A stretch of DNA of 64,000 nucleotides from assembly GCA_045119455.1 (NCBI GenBank), contig JBGVDR010000120.1:1941-65940 (forward strand). Reading direction: 5' to 3'. The notes beneath the pieces were generated by a model. It saw only the letters and a list, made by a program, of their open reading frames with translations. It had not been told where the DNA came from and did not search any database. Numbering within the stretch: the first letter of the stretch is position 1; the number at the start of each line of letters is the position of its first letter. The translations under genes were made by a program, and so were the position numbers. Shown here piece by piece: positions 28,481 through 40,375 of this stretch. Origin of the DNA: Faecousia sp. Lineage in GTDB: Bacteria > Bacillota > Clostridia > Oscillospirales > Oscillospiraceae.

Positions 28481-29143
28481 ATGGTCGACATCCTAATCGT
28501 GGAAGACAATAAGGAACTCTCCGAGCTGCTGTGCGATTTCCTCCGAATGGAGGGGTATGTGGTATCGGCGGTGGACAGCGGTGAGAAGGCGCTGGCCATG
28601 TACGAGCGCTACGGCGCTAAGCTGCTGGTGCTGGATGTCATGCTGCCCGGCATAGATGGCTTCGCCGTCTGTGCCAAGGTGCGGGAGCAGAGCAACACGC
28701 CGATTCTGATTGTCAGCGCCAAGACCGAGAAGGATGATAAGCTGAACGGTCTGATTCTGGGTGCCGACGATTATATTGAAAAACCCTATGATATTGACAT
28801 CCTGCTGGCGAAGATTCACGGAATCTTCAAGCGCAGGTATGCCCAGGAGGAAATGCGGGATGGGAATCTGCGGCTGGATTTGGTCAGCCGGGTGGCATAT
28901 AAGGACGATGCGCCCCTGACCATGACCGCCAAGGAATTCGACCTGCTGCTCCTGCTGGTGCAGAACAAGGGCAAGCCCCTTACCAAGGAGTACCTGTTCA
29001 GCCAGGTTTGGGGCAGCGACAGCTTCTCCGAGCAGCAGACGCTGACCGTCCATATCAAGTGGCTGCGGCAGAAGCTTGAATCAGATCCCAAGGAGCCCCA
29101 GCGGATTCTGACGGTCTGGGGCAAGGGGTATCGGTACGTATGA
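28481..29143 (+). CDS. OmpR-family response regulator
   Basis: VEDN, LDVMLP, GADDYIEKP, winged-helix TVWGKGY. Confidence 0.95.
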   Translation: MVDILIVEDNKELSELLCDFLRMEGYVVSAVDSGEKALAMYERYGAKLLVLDVMLPGIDGFAVCAKVREQSNTPILIVSAKTEKDDKLNGLILGADDYIEKPYDIDILLAKIHGIFKRRYAQEEMRDGNLRLDLVSRVAYKDDAPLTMTAKEFDLLLLLVQNKGKPLTKEYLFSQVWGSDSFSEQQTLTVHIKWLRQKLESDPKEPQRILTVWGKGYRYV

Positions 29144-30369
29144 GACGATTTGATAAGCTGTTTATCGCCGTAATTGCGGTGCTGGTTGCTCTGATTGCAC
29201 TGACGAATGTTTTCCTGCTCCGGGGGGAGCAGGACGACCGGGGACGCCCCCACCGGGTGGAGGTGAACCGGTTGGCTCAGAAAATCGATGCCGGGCAGGC
29301 ACCGGATTTGGGTGCCTGCGACTATGTAACCGGTATTACCAGATATTCCGACAATCCAACGGGCTTTTTCAACACCAACAGCGACTATGTGGTGCACCAG
29401 ATTCAAGGGGAGCTGTATCGGTTTGATTACCGCACGGCAGCTCCTAAGGGTGCGGATTTTGTGGCGGTGAACACCGCACTGGCCGGGATGACGGTGGTGG
29501 TGCTGGGAGTGCTGGTGTACTTGCGTCAGAGGATTCTGCGCCCCTTTCAGGAGCTGTCCGATTTGCCCTACGAGCTGTCCAAGGGCAATCTGACCCTGCC
29601 TGTGAAGGAAACCAAGAATCGGTTTTTCGGCCGATTCGTCTGGGGTGTGGATTTGCTGCGGGAGAATATGGAGCAGCAGAAAAAACGGGAGCTGGCGCTG
29701 CAAAAAGAGAAGAAGACCCTGCTGCTGAGCCTGTCGCATGATATCAAAACGCCTCTGTCTGCCATCAAGCTGTATGCCAAAGCATTGTCCCGGGGGCTGT
29801 ACACCGATAAGGAAAAGCAGCAGCAGATCATCGGCAGCATCGATGCCAAGGCGGACGAAATCGAGGGCTTCGTGTCCCAGATTATCCAGGCCTCCAACGA
29901 GGATTTCTTGAGCCTGGAGGTGAACATGGGCGAATTTTATCTGACGGAGCTGATGACCCCCATACAGGGCTATTACCGGGAAAAGCTGTCCGTGGTTAAG
30001 ATTGATTTCAAAGTCGGAGCCTACACAAACTGTCTGGTTCGGGGCGATTTGGACCGGAGCATCGAGGTATTGCAAAATGTGATGGAAAATGCCATCAAAT
30101 ACGGCGACGGCGTGAAAATTCAGCTGGAGGTATCCGAGGAAGATGGCTGCACGCTTATTACGGTGCGTAACAGCGGCTGTGCCCTGCCCCAGACCGAGCT
30201 GCCCCATGTTTTTGACAGCTTCTGGCGGGGCTCCAATGCGGACAGGCAGCCCGGCAGCGGTTTGGGACTGTACATCTGCCGCCAGATCATGCACAAGATG
30301 AACGGTGAAATCTTTGCCCAGATTGAGGGCGGGGATATGGCCGTCACCGCTGTGTTCAGCAAAGCATAA
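29140..30369 (+). CDS. Sensor histidine kinase
   Basis: 2 TM segments, SHDIKTPL H-box, ENAIKY, GSGLGL. Confidence 0.95.
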   Translation: MRRFDKLFIAVIAVLVALIALTNVFLLRGEQDDRGRPHRVEVNRLAQKIDAGQAPDLGACDYVTGITRYSDNPTGFFNTNSDYVVHQIQGELYRFDYRTAAPKGADFVAVNTALAGMTVVVLGVLVYLRQRILRPFQELSDLPYELSKGNLTLPVKETKNRFFGRFVWGVDLLRENMEQQKKRELALQKEKKTLLLSLSHDIKTPLSAIKLYAKALSRGLYTDKEKQQQIIGSIDAKADEIEGFVSQIIQASNEDFLSLEVNMGEFYLTELMTPIQGYYREKLSVVKIDFKVGAYTNCLVRGDLDRSIEVLQNVMENAIKYGDGVKIQLEVSEEDGCTLITVRNSGCALPQTELPHVFDSFWRGSNADRQPGSGLGLYICRQIMHKMNGEIFAQIEGGDMAVTAVFSKA

Positions 30370-30504
30370 AAAAGACCGGCTGCGGATGCTGCCGGTCTTG
30401 CTGCGTTTTTCGCAAAAAAAGGGTAGTACAATCTGGTTTTCTGTGCTATAATGCAATTTATGAGGATACAGGCACCCCTCAAGGGGGTCTGGGGAGGAGC
30501 AACT

Positions 30505-30999
30505 ATGGAACTGATTGTTGCGGTATATGACGATTGGGGCATCGGGCGGGACGGAACCCAGCCGGTGGCGCTGAGTGCCGACCGGAAATTCTTCCGGGAA
30601 ACCACCCGGGGGGCCATGGTCATCGTGGGACGGCGCACCATCGCCGATTTTCCGGGGCAGAAGCCCCTGCCCGGGCGGGTGAATGTGGCGCTGAGCCGGA
30701 ATGCTCAGGAGGTTCCCGGTTTTACCCTGGCCCGCAGTACGCAAGAGGTGGCGGTGCTTGCCCAGTCCGCAGAGCGGGCCTTTGTCATCGGCGGCGGTAG
30801 CGTGTACCGTCAGCTGCTCCCGCTGTGCCAGAGCGCCTATGTGACCAAGGTACACTGCGCCCCCGAGTCCGACACCTTCTTCCCCAATCTGGATGAGAGC
30901 CCTCAGTGGGCGCTGGCGGAGGTGCTCCAGTCCGGCGAGGAAAACGGAATTTCTTATGAAATGTGCAAATATATTCGAAAAACTGAGGGAAAAGTATGA
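30505..30999 (+). CDS. folA: Dihydrofolate reductase
   Basis: LIVAV, GIG, VGRRT, PLPGRVN, VIGGG, DTFFP. Confidence 0.92.
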   Translation: MELIVAVYDDWGIGRDGTQPVALSADRKFFRETTRGAMVIVGRRTIADFPGQKPLPGRVNVALSRNAQEVPGFTLARSTQEVAVLAQSAERAFVIGGGSVYRQLLPLCQSAYVTKVHCAPESDTFFPNLDESPQWALAEVLQSGEENGISYEMCKYIRKTEGKV

Positions 31000-31751
31000 A
31001 ATATACGGATTTAATCTTTGATCTTTACGGCACTCTGGTGGACATTCATACCGAGGAAAATGAACTGGTTTGGGAAAAAACCGCCTTTTTCTTCGGCTTC
31101 CACGGTGCCCCCATCACCACTGCCGGTCTGCAGGAAGCCTTCCGGGAGGAGCTGCGCCGCCGGGAAGCCAAGGCGGGACAGAGCTACGAATGCTTCCCCG
31201 ACATCCCCTTTGAGCAGATTATGACCCAGCTGTTCCGCAACCGGGGCGTGGCGGACGAGGACGGCAGCCTGGGCTTCTATGCAGCGCAACTGTTCCGGAT
31301 TTGCTCGCTGGAGTATGTGCGGCTGTACCCGGGCACTCTGGATGCGCTGGCTCGGCTGCGGGCCAAGGGCTGCCGGCTGTGGCTGCTGAGCAATGCCCAG
31401 CGGGTGTTCACCGCCTATGAGCTGTCCCTGCTGGGGCTGGGTGAACAGCTGGATGGAATCTATATTTCTTCGGATTACCTGTGCCGTAAGCCCGACACCA
31501 AGTTCTATCAGGCGCTGATCAACGAGCAGGGATTGAAGGTGGAAAACTGTCTGATGATTGGCAACGACCGCCACACCGACATCGCCGGCGCCAAGGCGCT
31601 GGGCATGGACACGCTGTATATGCACACCGCCCTGACCCCGCCGGATCAGGAACCTGCCGACCCGGCGTGTGGCGGGCCCAACTATGAGTACGAGGGTGAC
31701 AACTGGGCGGATTTGGTCACCGTCATCGAAAAGCTGCTGGAGGAAAATTGA
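30996..31751 (+). CDS. HAD-family hydrolase
   Basis: FDLYGTLVD, LSN, KPD, MIGND...DI. Confidence 0.9.
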   Translation: MKYTDLIFDLYGTLVDIHTEENELVWEKTAFFFGFHGAPITTAGLQEAFREELRRREAKAGQSYECFPDIPFEQIMTQLFRNRGVADEDGSLGFYAAQLFRICSLEYVRLYPGTLDALARLRAKGCRLWLLSNAQRVFTAYELSLLGLGEQLDGIYISSDYLCRKPDTKFYQALINEQGLKVENCLMIGNDRHTDIAGAKALGMDTLYMHTALTPPDQEPADPACGGPNYEYEGDNWADLVTVIEKLLEEN

Positions 31752-32227
31752 TGAAATTATGGCATTACGGCCTGTTCGCCGGCGGTGCTGTCGCTGCGGA
31801 CCAGATTACCAAAGCGGTGACGGTGGCGAAGATTCCCTACCTGGAGAAGGTACCCTTTATTGACGGATTTCTCCATTTTTCCCATCATCACAACACCGGC
31901 GCGGCCTGGTCCATGATGGAGGGCGCGCGGTGGTTGTTCGTCGGGCTGTTTTTGGCGCTGACGGCGCTGTTGCTGTGGGAGTATTTCAAAAAGCCCATGG
32001 GCTTCAATAAATTCGAGCGCTGGTGCATCGCCTCTGTGTGGGCAGGCGGTCTGGGCAACGTGATTGACCGGGTGCGGCTGGGCTATGTGGTCGACATGAT
32101 TGAGGTGGAGTTCATCAGCTTCCCCGTGTTCAACGTGGCGGACTGCTTCATCACCTGCGGCTGCATTGGTTTGATTGTGAGCCTGGTTTTCTTCAATAAA
32201 AAATTCTGGAAAGAAGATAAAAAATGA
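31751..32227 (+). CDS. lspA: Lipoprotein signal peptidase II
   Basis: DQITK, NTGAAW, GNVIDR, VVDMI, FNVAD. Confidence 0.95.
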   Translation: MKLWHYGLFAGGAVAADQITKAVTVAKIPYLEKVPFIDGFLHFSHHHNTGAAWSMMEGARWLFVGLFLALTALLLWEYFKKPMGFNKFERWCIASVWAGGLGNVIDRVRLGYVVDMIEVEFISFPVFNVADCFITCGCIGLIVSLVFFNKKFWKEDKK

Positions 32228-33132
32228 CACTTTACGCCGATATTCCCGGCGAGCGGTTGGATGCGTTTCTGGCTCGGTGTGCCGACGGGCTGACCCGTTC
32301 TGCGGCCCAGCGCCTGATTGAGGAGGGGTGTGTGACCCGAAACGGTAAGCCGGGAAAGAAAAACGACAAGCTCAGTCCCGGTGACGAAATTGTCTATGCG
32401 CTGCCCGAGCCCAAGGAAGTGGACATCGTGGCGAAGGAAATTCCTTTGCAGATTGTCTATGAGGACGAGGATCTGCTGGTCATTGACAAGCCCAAGGGGC
32501 TGGTGGTCCACCCGGCGGCGGGGCATCAGGATGATACCCTGGTCAATGGACTGCTGTATGCCCTGGGGGATGATTTGAGCGGCATCAATGGCGAGCTGCG
32601 TCCGGGCATCGTTCACCGAATCGATAAGGACACCTCCGGACTGTTGGCGGTGGCAAAAAATGACCTGGCGCACACCTTTTTGGCCAGCCAGCTAAAGGAT
32701 CACACCATGGCAAGAACCTACGAGGCCATCGTCTGCGGTTCTTTTCGGGAGGATTCCGGCACGGTGGACGCCCCTATTGGGCGGCACCCCTCGGACAGAA
32801 AGAAGATGTGCGTCACCCAGCGCAACTCCAAGCACGCTGTGACCCATTGGGAGGTGGTGCGCCGCTATCGGGGCTACACCCACATCCGGTGCCGGCTGGA
32901 AACCGGGCGAACCCATCAGATTCGGGTGCATATGGCGCATATTGGGCATCCGATTCTGGGTGACACGGTCTACGGGCATAAAAAGCCGGAGCTGGGGCAG
33001 AGTTCCCAGGTGCTTCACGCGGGGCAGTTGTGTTTCCAGCACCCCCGGGATGGGCGGCCGGTGCTTGTGTTCTCGCCGCTACCGGACTATTTTGCTGAGG
33101 TAATTGAAAAATTAGAGCGCATGGAGCGGTAA
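32224..33132 (+). CDS. rluD: RluD-like pseudouridine synthase
   Basis: S4 domain, KPKGLVVHP, HRIDKDTSG, TGRTHQIR; follows lspA. Confidence 0.85.
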   Translation: MTLYADIPGERLDAFLARCADGLTRSAAQRLIEEGCVTRNGKPGKKNDKLSPGDEIVYALPEPKEVDIVAKEIPLQIVYEDEDLLVIDKPKGLVVHPAAGHQDDTLVNGLLYALGDDLSGINGELRPGIVHRIDKDTSGLLAVAKNDLAHTFLASQLKDHTMARTYEAIVCGSFREDSGTVDAPIGRHPSDRKKMCVTQRNSKHAVTHWEVVRRYRGYTHIRCRLETGRTHQIRVHMAHIGHPILGDTVYGHKKPELGQSSQVLHAGQLCFQHPRDGRPVLVFSPLPDYFAEVIEKLERMER

Positions 33133-33149
33133 TGCTCCATGCGCTTTTT

Positions 33150-33872
33150 TTATAGAACCTTGGACAAAAATTCTTTCAACCGGGGATTCTGGGGGTTGCC
33201 GAAAAGCTCCGCCGGGGGACCCTGCTCCACGATGCGGCCCTCGTCCATGAACAGCACCCGGCTGCCCACTTCCCGGGCGAAGCCCATCTCATGAGTGACC
33301 ACCACCATGGTCATGCCCTCGTTGGCCAGCTCCTTCATGACTTCCAGAACCTCGCCGACCATTTCGGGGTCCAGGGCGGAGGTGGGCTCGTCAAACAAAA
33401 TGGCCTTGGGATTCATGGCCAGGGCACGGACGATGGCGATTCGCTGCTTCTGACCGCCGGAAAGCTGACCGGGGTAAGCCTTGGCCTTGTCCTCCAGACC
33501 AACCCGGCGCAGCAGACTCATGGCCAGCTCCTCTGCCTGGGCCTTGTTCATCAGACCGGTGCGGACGGGCGCCAGGGTGATGTTCTTCAAAATGGTCATG
33601 TTGGGGAACAGGTTAAAGTGCTGGAACACCATGCCCAGCTTCTGGCGCAGCTTGTTGATGTCGATTTTGGGGTTGGTCAGCTCCTCGCCGTCGATGGTGA
33701 TGGTGCCCTCGGTGGGCTGCTCCATCAGATTCAGGCACCGCAGGAAGGTGGACTTGCCGGAACCGGAGGGGCCGATGATGACCACCTTCTCGCCGGGGGC
33801 GATATGTTCGGAGATGTCCTTCAAAACCTGGTGGTCTCCGAAGGATTTTGAAAGATTTTTAACGTCGATCAC
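33150..33872 (-). CDS. Polar amino-acid ABC transporter ATP-binding protein
   Basis: [34 protein letters not shown]. Confidence 0.95.
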   Translation of the reverse strand: MIDVKNLSKSFGDHQVLKDISEHIAPGEKVVIIGPSGSGKSTFLRCLNLMEQPTEGTITIDGEELTNPKIDINKLRQKLGMVFQHFNLFPNMTILKNITLAPVRTGLMNKAQAEELAMSLLRRVGLEDKAKAYPGQLSGGQKQRIAIVRALAMNPKAILFDEPTSALDPEMVGEVLEVMKELANEGMTMVVVTHEMGFAREVGSRVLFMDEGRIVEQGPPAELFGNPQNPRLKEFLSKVL

Positions 33873-34647
33873 TTTGACGCAGCCTCCTTTCCAGAATGCC
33901 CAGCAGCCAGGTGAAGATCATAACCAGCACCAGGTACATCAGAGCGACAATAATCAGCGGGTACATCTGCTCGTAGGTTCTGCCGTAGATGCCCTGGGCG
34001 GCGTACACCAGCTCCTTGCCGCCGATGACGGTAATCAGAGAGGTGTCCTTCAGCAGCACGATGAACTCGTTGCCCAGGGAGGGCAGGATTGCCTTAAATG
34101 CCTGGGGAATGACCACGAAGCGCATGGTGTCCACATAGCCCATACCCAGGCTCCGACCGGCCTCCATCTGACCGGGGTCCAGGGACATCAGACCGCCGCG
34201 GATGATTTCCGCCACGTAGGCACCGGAGTTGATGCCCAGGGTCAGAATGCCGACAGAGGTGAAGTCACGGCTGGATTTGAATACCACGAAGCCCATAATC
34301 ATCAGCTGCACCATCATTGGTGTGCCGCGGATGATGGTGATATAGACTTTGGCGATGGCATTGACGATGCCCAGCAGGAAATTCTTCTTGCCGGGGCGCT
34401 GCTGGTCGTGGGCGGTACGGATGATTGCCACCACAACGCCCAAAATTACACCCAACGCCAGCGCCAGGGCGGTGACGTACAGGGTGGTGCTGACGCCTTC
34501 TAAGTACTGCTTCCAGCGGTCAGCCTCGATAAAGGCTTGATAAAATTTTACATAAGCCTCTTGCCAGAAGCTGACCGGCTCGCCGTCAATCATCATCTGG
34601 CTCCACAATTCATAATTACTCACTGGATTCCTCACTATCCCGGTCAT
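33859..34647 (-). CDS. Polar amino-acid ABC transporter permease
   Basis: [31 protein letters not shown]; start uncertain. Confidence 0.9.
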   Translation of the reverse strand: MTGIVRNPVSNYELWSQMMIDGEPVSFWQEAYVKFYQAFIEADRWKQYLEGVSTTLYVTALALALGVILGVVVAIIRTAHDQQRPGKKNFLLGIVNAIAKVYITIIRGTPMMVQLMIMGFVVFKSSRDFTSVGILTLGINSGAYVAEIIRGGLMSLDPGQMEAGRSLGMGYVDTMRFVVIPQAFKAILPSLGNEFIVLLKDTSLITVIGGKELVYAAQGIYGRTYEQMYPLIIVALMYLVLVMIFTWLLGILERRLRQSDRR

Positions 34648-34685
34648 AAAAAAGGGGCGGCGAAGGCCGCCCCCCTTGGACCGAA

Positions 34686-35462
34686 TTACTCAGCGGTGAT
34701 ATACTTGTCGATGATGGCCTGCACGGTGCCGTCGGCAATCAGCTCAGCCAGAGCATCGTTGACCAGCTTCAGCAGCTTGGTGTTGCCCTTGTCGATACCG
34801 ATGGCATACTCCTCCTCGACCCAGTTGCCTTCCAGCAGGGTCAGACCGGGGTTGGCCTTGATGTACTCCAGAGCGGGGGCCTTATCGATGATGACGCAAT
34901 CCACCTGGCCGTTCTTCAGAGCCTGGACGGCGCTGGCACCGTTGTCGTAAGCGGTGACCGCATCCTCACCGTAGCCGCCGTTTGCAGGGGTGTCGGAGGC
35001 GTACAGGTAGCCGGTGGTACCACGTTGGCAGCCGATTCTCTTGGAGCCCAGGTTATCCATAGTTACGTCGGAGCCTTCCTTCACGATAACAACCTGGATG
35101 CCGGTGGCATAGCTGTTGGTGAACTCCATGACCTTCTTACGGGTGTCGGTGACGGAAACGCCGGCCATGACGATGTCGCTCTTGCCGTTCTGAACAGCCA
35201 GCAGGGCGGAGTCGAAGTCCATATCGTCAATCACCAGCTCCAGACCCAGCTTGGTGGCGATGGCCTGAGCGATTTCCACGTCGATACCGGCGAAGCCACC
35301 GTTATCGGTGGTCATTTCGTAGGGAGGGAAGGCGGCGTTGGTGGACATAATCAGCTTGCCGTCCTCAATCAGACCCATGTCGTTCTTTTCTTCCTTCTTG
35401 CAGCCGGTGAACAAGGTAGCCATCATCAGGCAGGCAAGAATCAGTGCAAAAATTCTTTTCAT
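34686..35462 (-). CDS. Polar amino-acid ABC substrate-binding lipoprotein
   Basis: Lipobox FTGC, FPPYE, GIDVE, QRGTTG; start at MKRIF. Confidence 0.92.
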   Translation of the reverse strand: MKRIFALILACLMMATLFTGCKKEEKNDMGLIEDGKLIMSTNAAFPPYEMTTDNGGFAGIDVEIAQAIATKLGLELVIDDMDFDSALLAVQNGKSDIVMAGVSVTDTRKKVMEFTNSYATGIQVVIVKEGSDVTMDNLGSKRIGCQRGTTGYLYASDTPANGGYGEDAVTAYDNGASAVQALKNGQVDCVIIDKAPALEYIKANPGLTLLEGNWVEEEYAIGIDKGNTKLLKLVNDALAELIADGTVQAIIDKYITAE

Positions 35463-35732
35463 AGTATCTTCTCCTTTTTTAAATAGTGGCATGGTAAGGA
35501 TTATACAGTATATTTTTCTGTTCGTCAATTGTAAATTGGTCGCAATTTAAATGTTTTTCAGGGAAATTATCGTATATTTACGCTAAAATCCGATGTTTTG
35601 GTATATAATTTTTGAATATATGAATATTTTGACACACAGGCGCTTTTTCGGGGGACGGGGATTGGGATTTCGTTGACTTTTGTCAAATTATCTTTTATAA
35701 TTTTTATAACACAAGCATAAGGAAGTGACGTT

Positions 35733-37025
35733 ATGAAAACATCCGTCAAGCACATGGACTACGACAAGGTGATGGCCCGCCCCCGCTACAAGCACAAGCA
35801 CCCCAAAAAAGTGGGCATTTTTTGGCGGATGCTGATTCGTCTGCTGACGGTGTTTGGCATGTCCGGCACCGGCTTTACCTACGAGTGCGAGGGCATCAAG
35901 GAGCTGAAAAAGCAGCCCTGTCTGATTCTCATGAACCATTCCTGCTTCCTGGATTTGCAGATGGTCTACAAAATCCTCTACCCCAAGCATTTTTGCATCG
36001 TTTGCACCTCGGATGCCTTCGTGGGTATGGGCGGGTTCATGGGCTGGCTCATGCGAACCATCGGCTGCATTCCTACCCAGAAGTTCGTCACCGACCTGAG
36101 CCTGATTCAGGACATGAACTACGCCTTCAAGACTTTAAAGACCAGCGTGCTGATGTACCCCGAGGCCAGCTACTCCTTCGATGGCACCGCCACCCCCCTG
36201 CCCCGGAAAATGGGTGTTCTGCTGAAGAAATTTGACGTGCCGGTGATTATGATTGAGTCCTTCGGCGCATTCTCCCGGAACCCGCTGTACAACGAACTGC
36301 AGATTCGCAAGGGCGTAAAGATTTCCGCCAAGGCTCGTTGCCTGTACACTCAGGAACAGCTTCGCTCCATGAGCGTCAAGGAACTCAGCGATGGGTTGGA
36401 CGAGGCCTTCGGCTTTGACCACTTCAAGTGGCAGGCGGAGCAGGGGCTGGAAATCAACGAGTCCTTCCGGGCGGATGGCTTGAACCGCATCCTCTACAAA
36501 TGCGCCGACTGCGGCACCGAGGGTGAAATGGTGGGCAAGGGTACCACTCTGACCTGCGGGCATTGCGGCAAGGTTTATGAATTGACACCCCTTGGTCAGC
36601 TGAAGGCGGCGGAGGGCGACACCAGATTCCCCCACATTCCCGACTACTATGCCTGGGAGCGGGAGCAGGTGCGGCAGGAAATCATCGATGGTACCTACCG
36701 CATGGAGGCGGATGTTAAAATTGGCATGCTGGTGGATTTTAAAGCGATTTACATGGTGGGTGAGGGGCACCTGACCCACGATTTGAACGGCTTTACCTTG
36801 ACCGGATGCGACGGACGACTGAATTACCAACAGAAGCCCCTGAGCTGTTACGGATTGTACGCCGATTATTATTGGTACGAAATTGCGGATGTCATTTGCA
36901 TCGGCAGCAACGAGCGCCTGTACTACTGCTTCCCCCAGGGCGGCGACGTGGTGGCGAAGACCCGGCTGGCCACCGAGGAGATGTATAAGCTCTATAAGGC
37001 CCGGCAGCTTCCGCCGAGACTATAA
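35733..37025 (+). CDS. PlsC-like acyltransferase with C-terminal zinc-ribbon extension
   Basis: NHSCFLD, YPEA motif; CADC and CGHC pairs. Confidence 0.8.
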   Translation: MKTSVKHMDYDKVMARPRYKHKHPKKVGIFWRMLIRLLTVFGMSGTGFTYECEGIKELKKQPCLILMNHSCFLDLQMVYKILYPKHFCIVCTSDAFVGMGGFMGWLMRTIGCIPTQKFVTDLSLIQDMNYAFKTLKTSVLMYPEASYSFDGTATPLPRKMGVLLKKFDVPVIMIESFGAFSRNPLYNELQIRKGVKISAKARCLYTQEQLRSMSVKELSDGLDEAFGFDHFKWQAEQGLEINESFRADGLNRILYKCADCGTEGEMVGKGTTLTCGHCGKVYELTPLGQLKAAEGDTRFPHIPDYYAWEREQVRQEIIDGTYRMEADVKIGMLVDFKAIYMVGEGHLTHDLNGFTLTGCDGRLNYQQKPLSCYGLYADYYWYEIADVICIGSNERLYYCFPQGGDVVAKTRLATEEMYKLYKARQLPPRL

Positions 37026-37097
37026 GGGGCTCTTCCTCTTGCAATTCTGCAATCTTTGGCATATAATGATTAAAACATCTACTAGGAGGGTGCTTTT

Positions 37098-38015
37098 ATG
37101 GCACATAAACCGATTCTTGTGGTCATGGCCGCCGGCATGGGCAGCCGCTACGGTGGTCTGAAGCAGATTGACCCCGTGGGCAGCCACGGCGAGGCGATTC
37201 TGGACTATTCTCTGTTCGATGCCTATCAGGCGGGCTTTGAAACCGCCGTTATCATTATCAAGCAGGCCATCGCCGCCGACTTTATGGACACCGTGGGCAA
37301 GCGGCTGGAGCGCTGCCCCATGGAAATCCGCTACGCCTACCAGGAAATCGATAAAATTCCCGCCGGCGCCGCCGTCCCCGCAGGACGCACCAAGCCCTGG
37401 GGCACCGGGCATGCGGTGCTGTGTGCCAGCGATGCCATCGGCGATGCGCCCTTTGCGGTTATCAATTCCGATGATTATTACGGAAAACAGGGATTTAAGG
37501 CGATTTTTGACCAGCTTTCAACGGCGAAAAGTGGCGAATACTGCATGGTCGGTTATGAGCTGGGTAAGACCGTCACCGAGCATGGCAGCGTGGCCCGTGG
37601 CGTGTGCAGCACCGATGAGGCGGGGCGGTTGATTACCATTGACGAGCGCACCCGCATCGAGCAACGGGGCGGTAAGATTGCCTACACCCTGGACGGCGAA
37701 AACTGGGTGGAGCTGCCGCCGGATACTCCGGTTTCTATGAATATGTGGGGCTTTACTCCCGGATTTTTACCGGAATTGAAGGAGAAATTCGCATTTTTCA
37801 TGGCAAACACCATGGGGAATAATCCCGAAAAGGCGGAGTTTTTCCTGCCCTTTGCGGTGGCGGAGCTGCTGGCGGAGGGCAAGGCCCAGGTTCAGGTTCT
37901 GCGCTCTGCGGATAAGTGGTACGGCGTGACCTACGCCGCCGACAAGCCCCAGGTGGTTGCGGCGCTGAAGGAGATGGCGCAGCAGGGATTGTATCCCGAC
38001 GGTCTGTGGAAGTAA
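37098..38015 (+). CDS. Sugar-phosphate nucleotidyltransferase
   Basis: MAAGMGSRYGGLKQ, KPWGTGHA, INSDDYYG. Confidence 0.88.
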   Translation: MAHKPILVVMAAGMGSRYGGLKQIDPVGSHGEAILDYSLFDAYQAGFETAVIIIKQAIAADFMDTVGKRLERCPMEIRYAYQEIDKIPAGAAVPAGRTKPWGTGHAVLCASDAIGDAPFAVINSDDYYGKQGFKAIFDQLSTAKSGEYCMVGYELGKTVTEHGSVARGVCSTDEAGRLITIDERTRIEQRGGKIAYTLDGENWVELPPDTPVSMNMWGFTPGFLPELKEKFAFFMANTMGNNPEKAEFFLPFAVAELLAEGKAQVQVLRSADKWYGVTYAADKPQVVAALKEMAQQGLYPDGLWK

Positions 38016-38029
38016 TTTCTGATATAAGC

Positions 38030-38066
38030 AAGTCATTGCGAGGGTCTGCGGACTTCGCAATGACTT
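38030..38066. repeat. REP-like hairpin that may double as a terminator
   Basis: AAGTCATTGCGAG...TTCGCAATGACTT followed by a T-run. Confidence 0.75.
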
Positions 38067-38158
38067 TTTTTATTTGGTTGGAGGATCCAATTCATAAATT
38101 ATTTACCTGAAATGCCAGAAAACTACTTGATTTTTTATTTCGGTTCTGGTATGCTATG

Positions 38159-38185
38159 TTAGCACTCAGAGAAACGGAGTGCTAA
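38159..38185 (+). promoter_or_regulatory. CIRCE element (HrcA operator)
   Basis: Perfect TTAGCACTC-N9-GAGTGCTAA upstream of groES. Confidence 0.97.
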
Positions 38186-38239
38186 ATACATAGACAAATG
38201 CGGGATTACCCGCGCTCTACAATATCAGGAGGAATCGCT

Positions 38240-40161
<1,922 letters not shown>

Positions 40162-40168
40162 TATGGAT

Positions 40169-40203
40169 AAAGAGGACAGAAGGTGACTTCTGTCCTCTTT
40201 TTT
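40169..40203 (+). terminator. Rho-independent terminator
   Basis: AAGAGGACAGAAG-GTGA-CTTCTGTCCTCTT followed by a T-run. Confidence 0.8.
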
Positions 40204-40375
40204 GCGTCCAGGCGGCCTTGCAGGGCGGGGATATTTATGAAAAAGATATTTACAATCCGAAAATTATGTGTTACTATGTATTTGGTGGAGAATGGGGCTT
40301 AATGGGCATTATTTTTCCGAAAAGTCCGATTCCTTACTGTATATATTATTTCCTAAAATGGAGGTTACATACAAA

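Noticed and set aside
35600-35635. Possible ArgR box upstream of the amino-acid ABC operon
   Set aside because: AT-rich with only a half-site match (TGAATA); not distinguishable from background.
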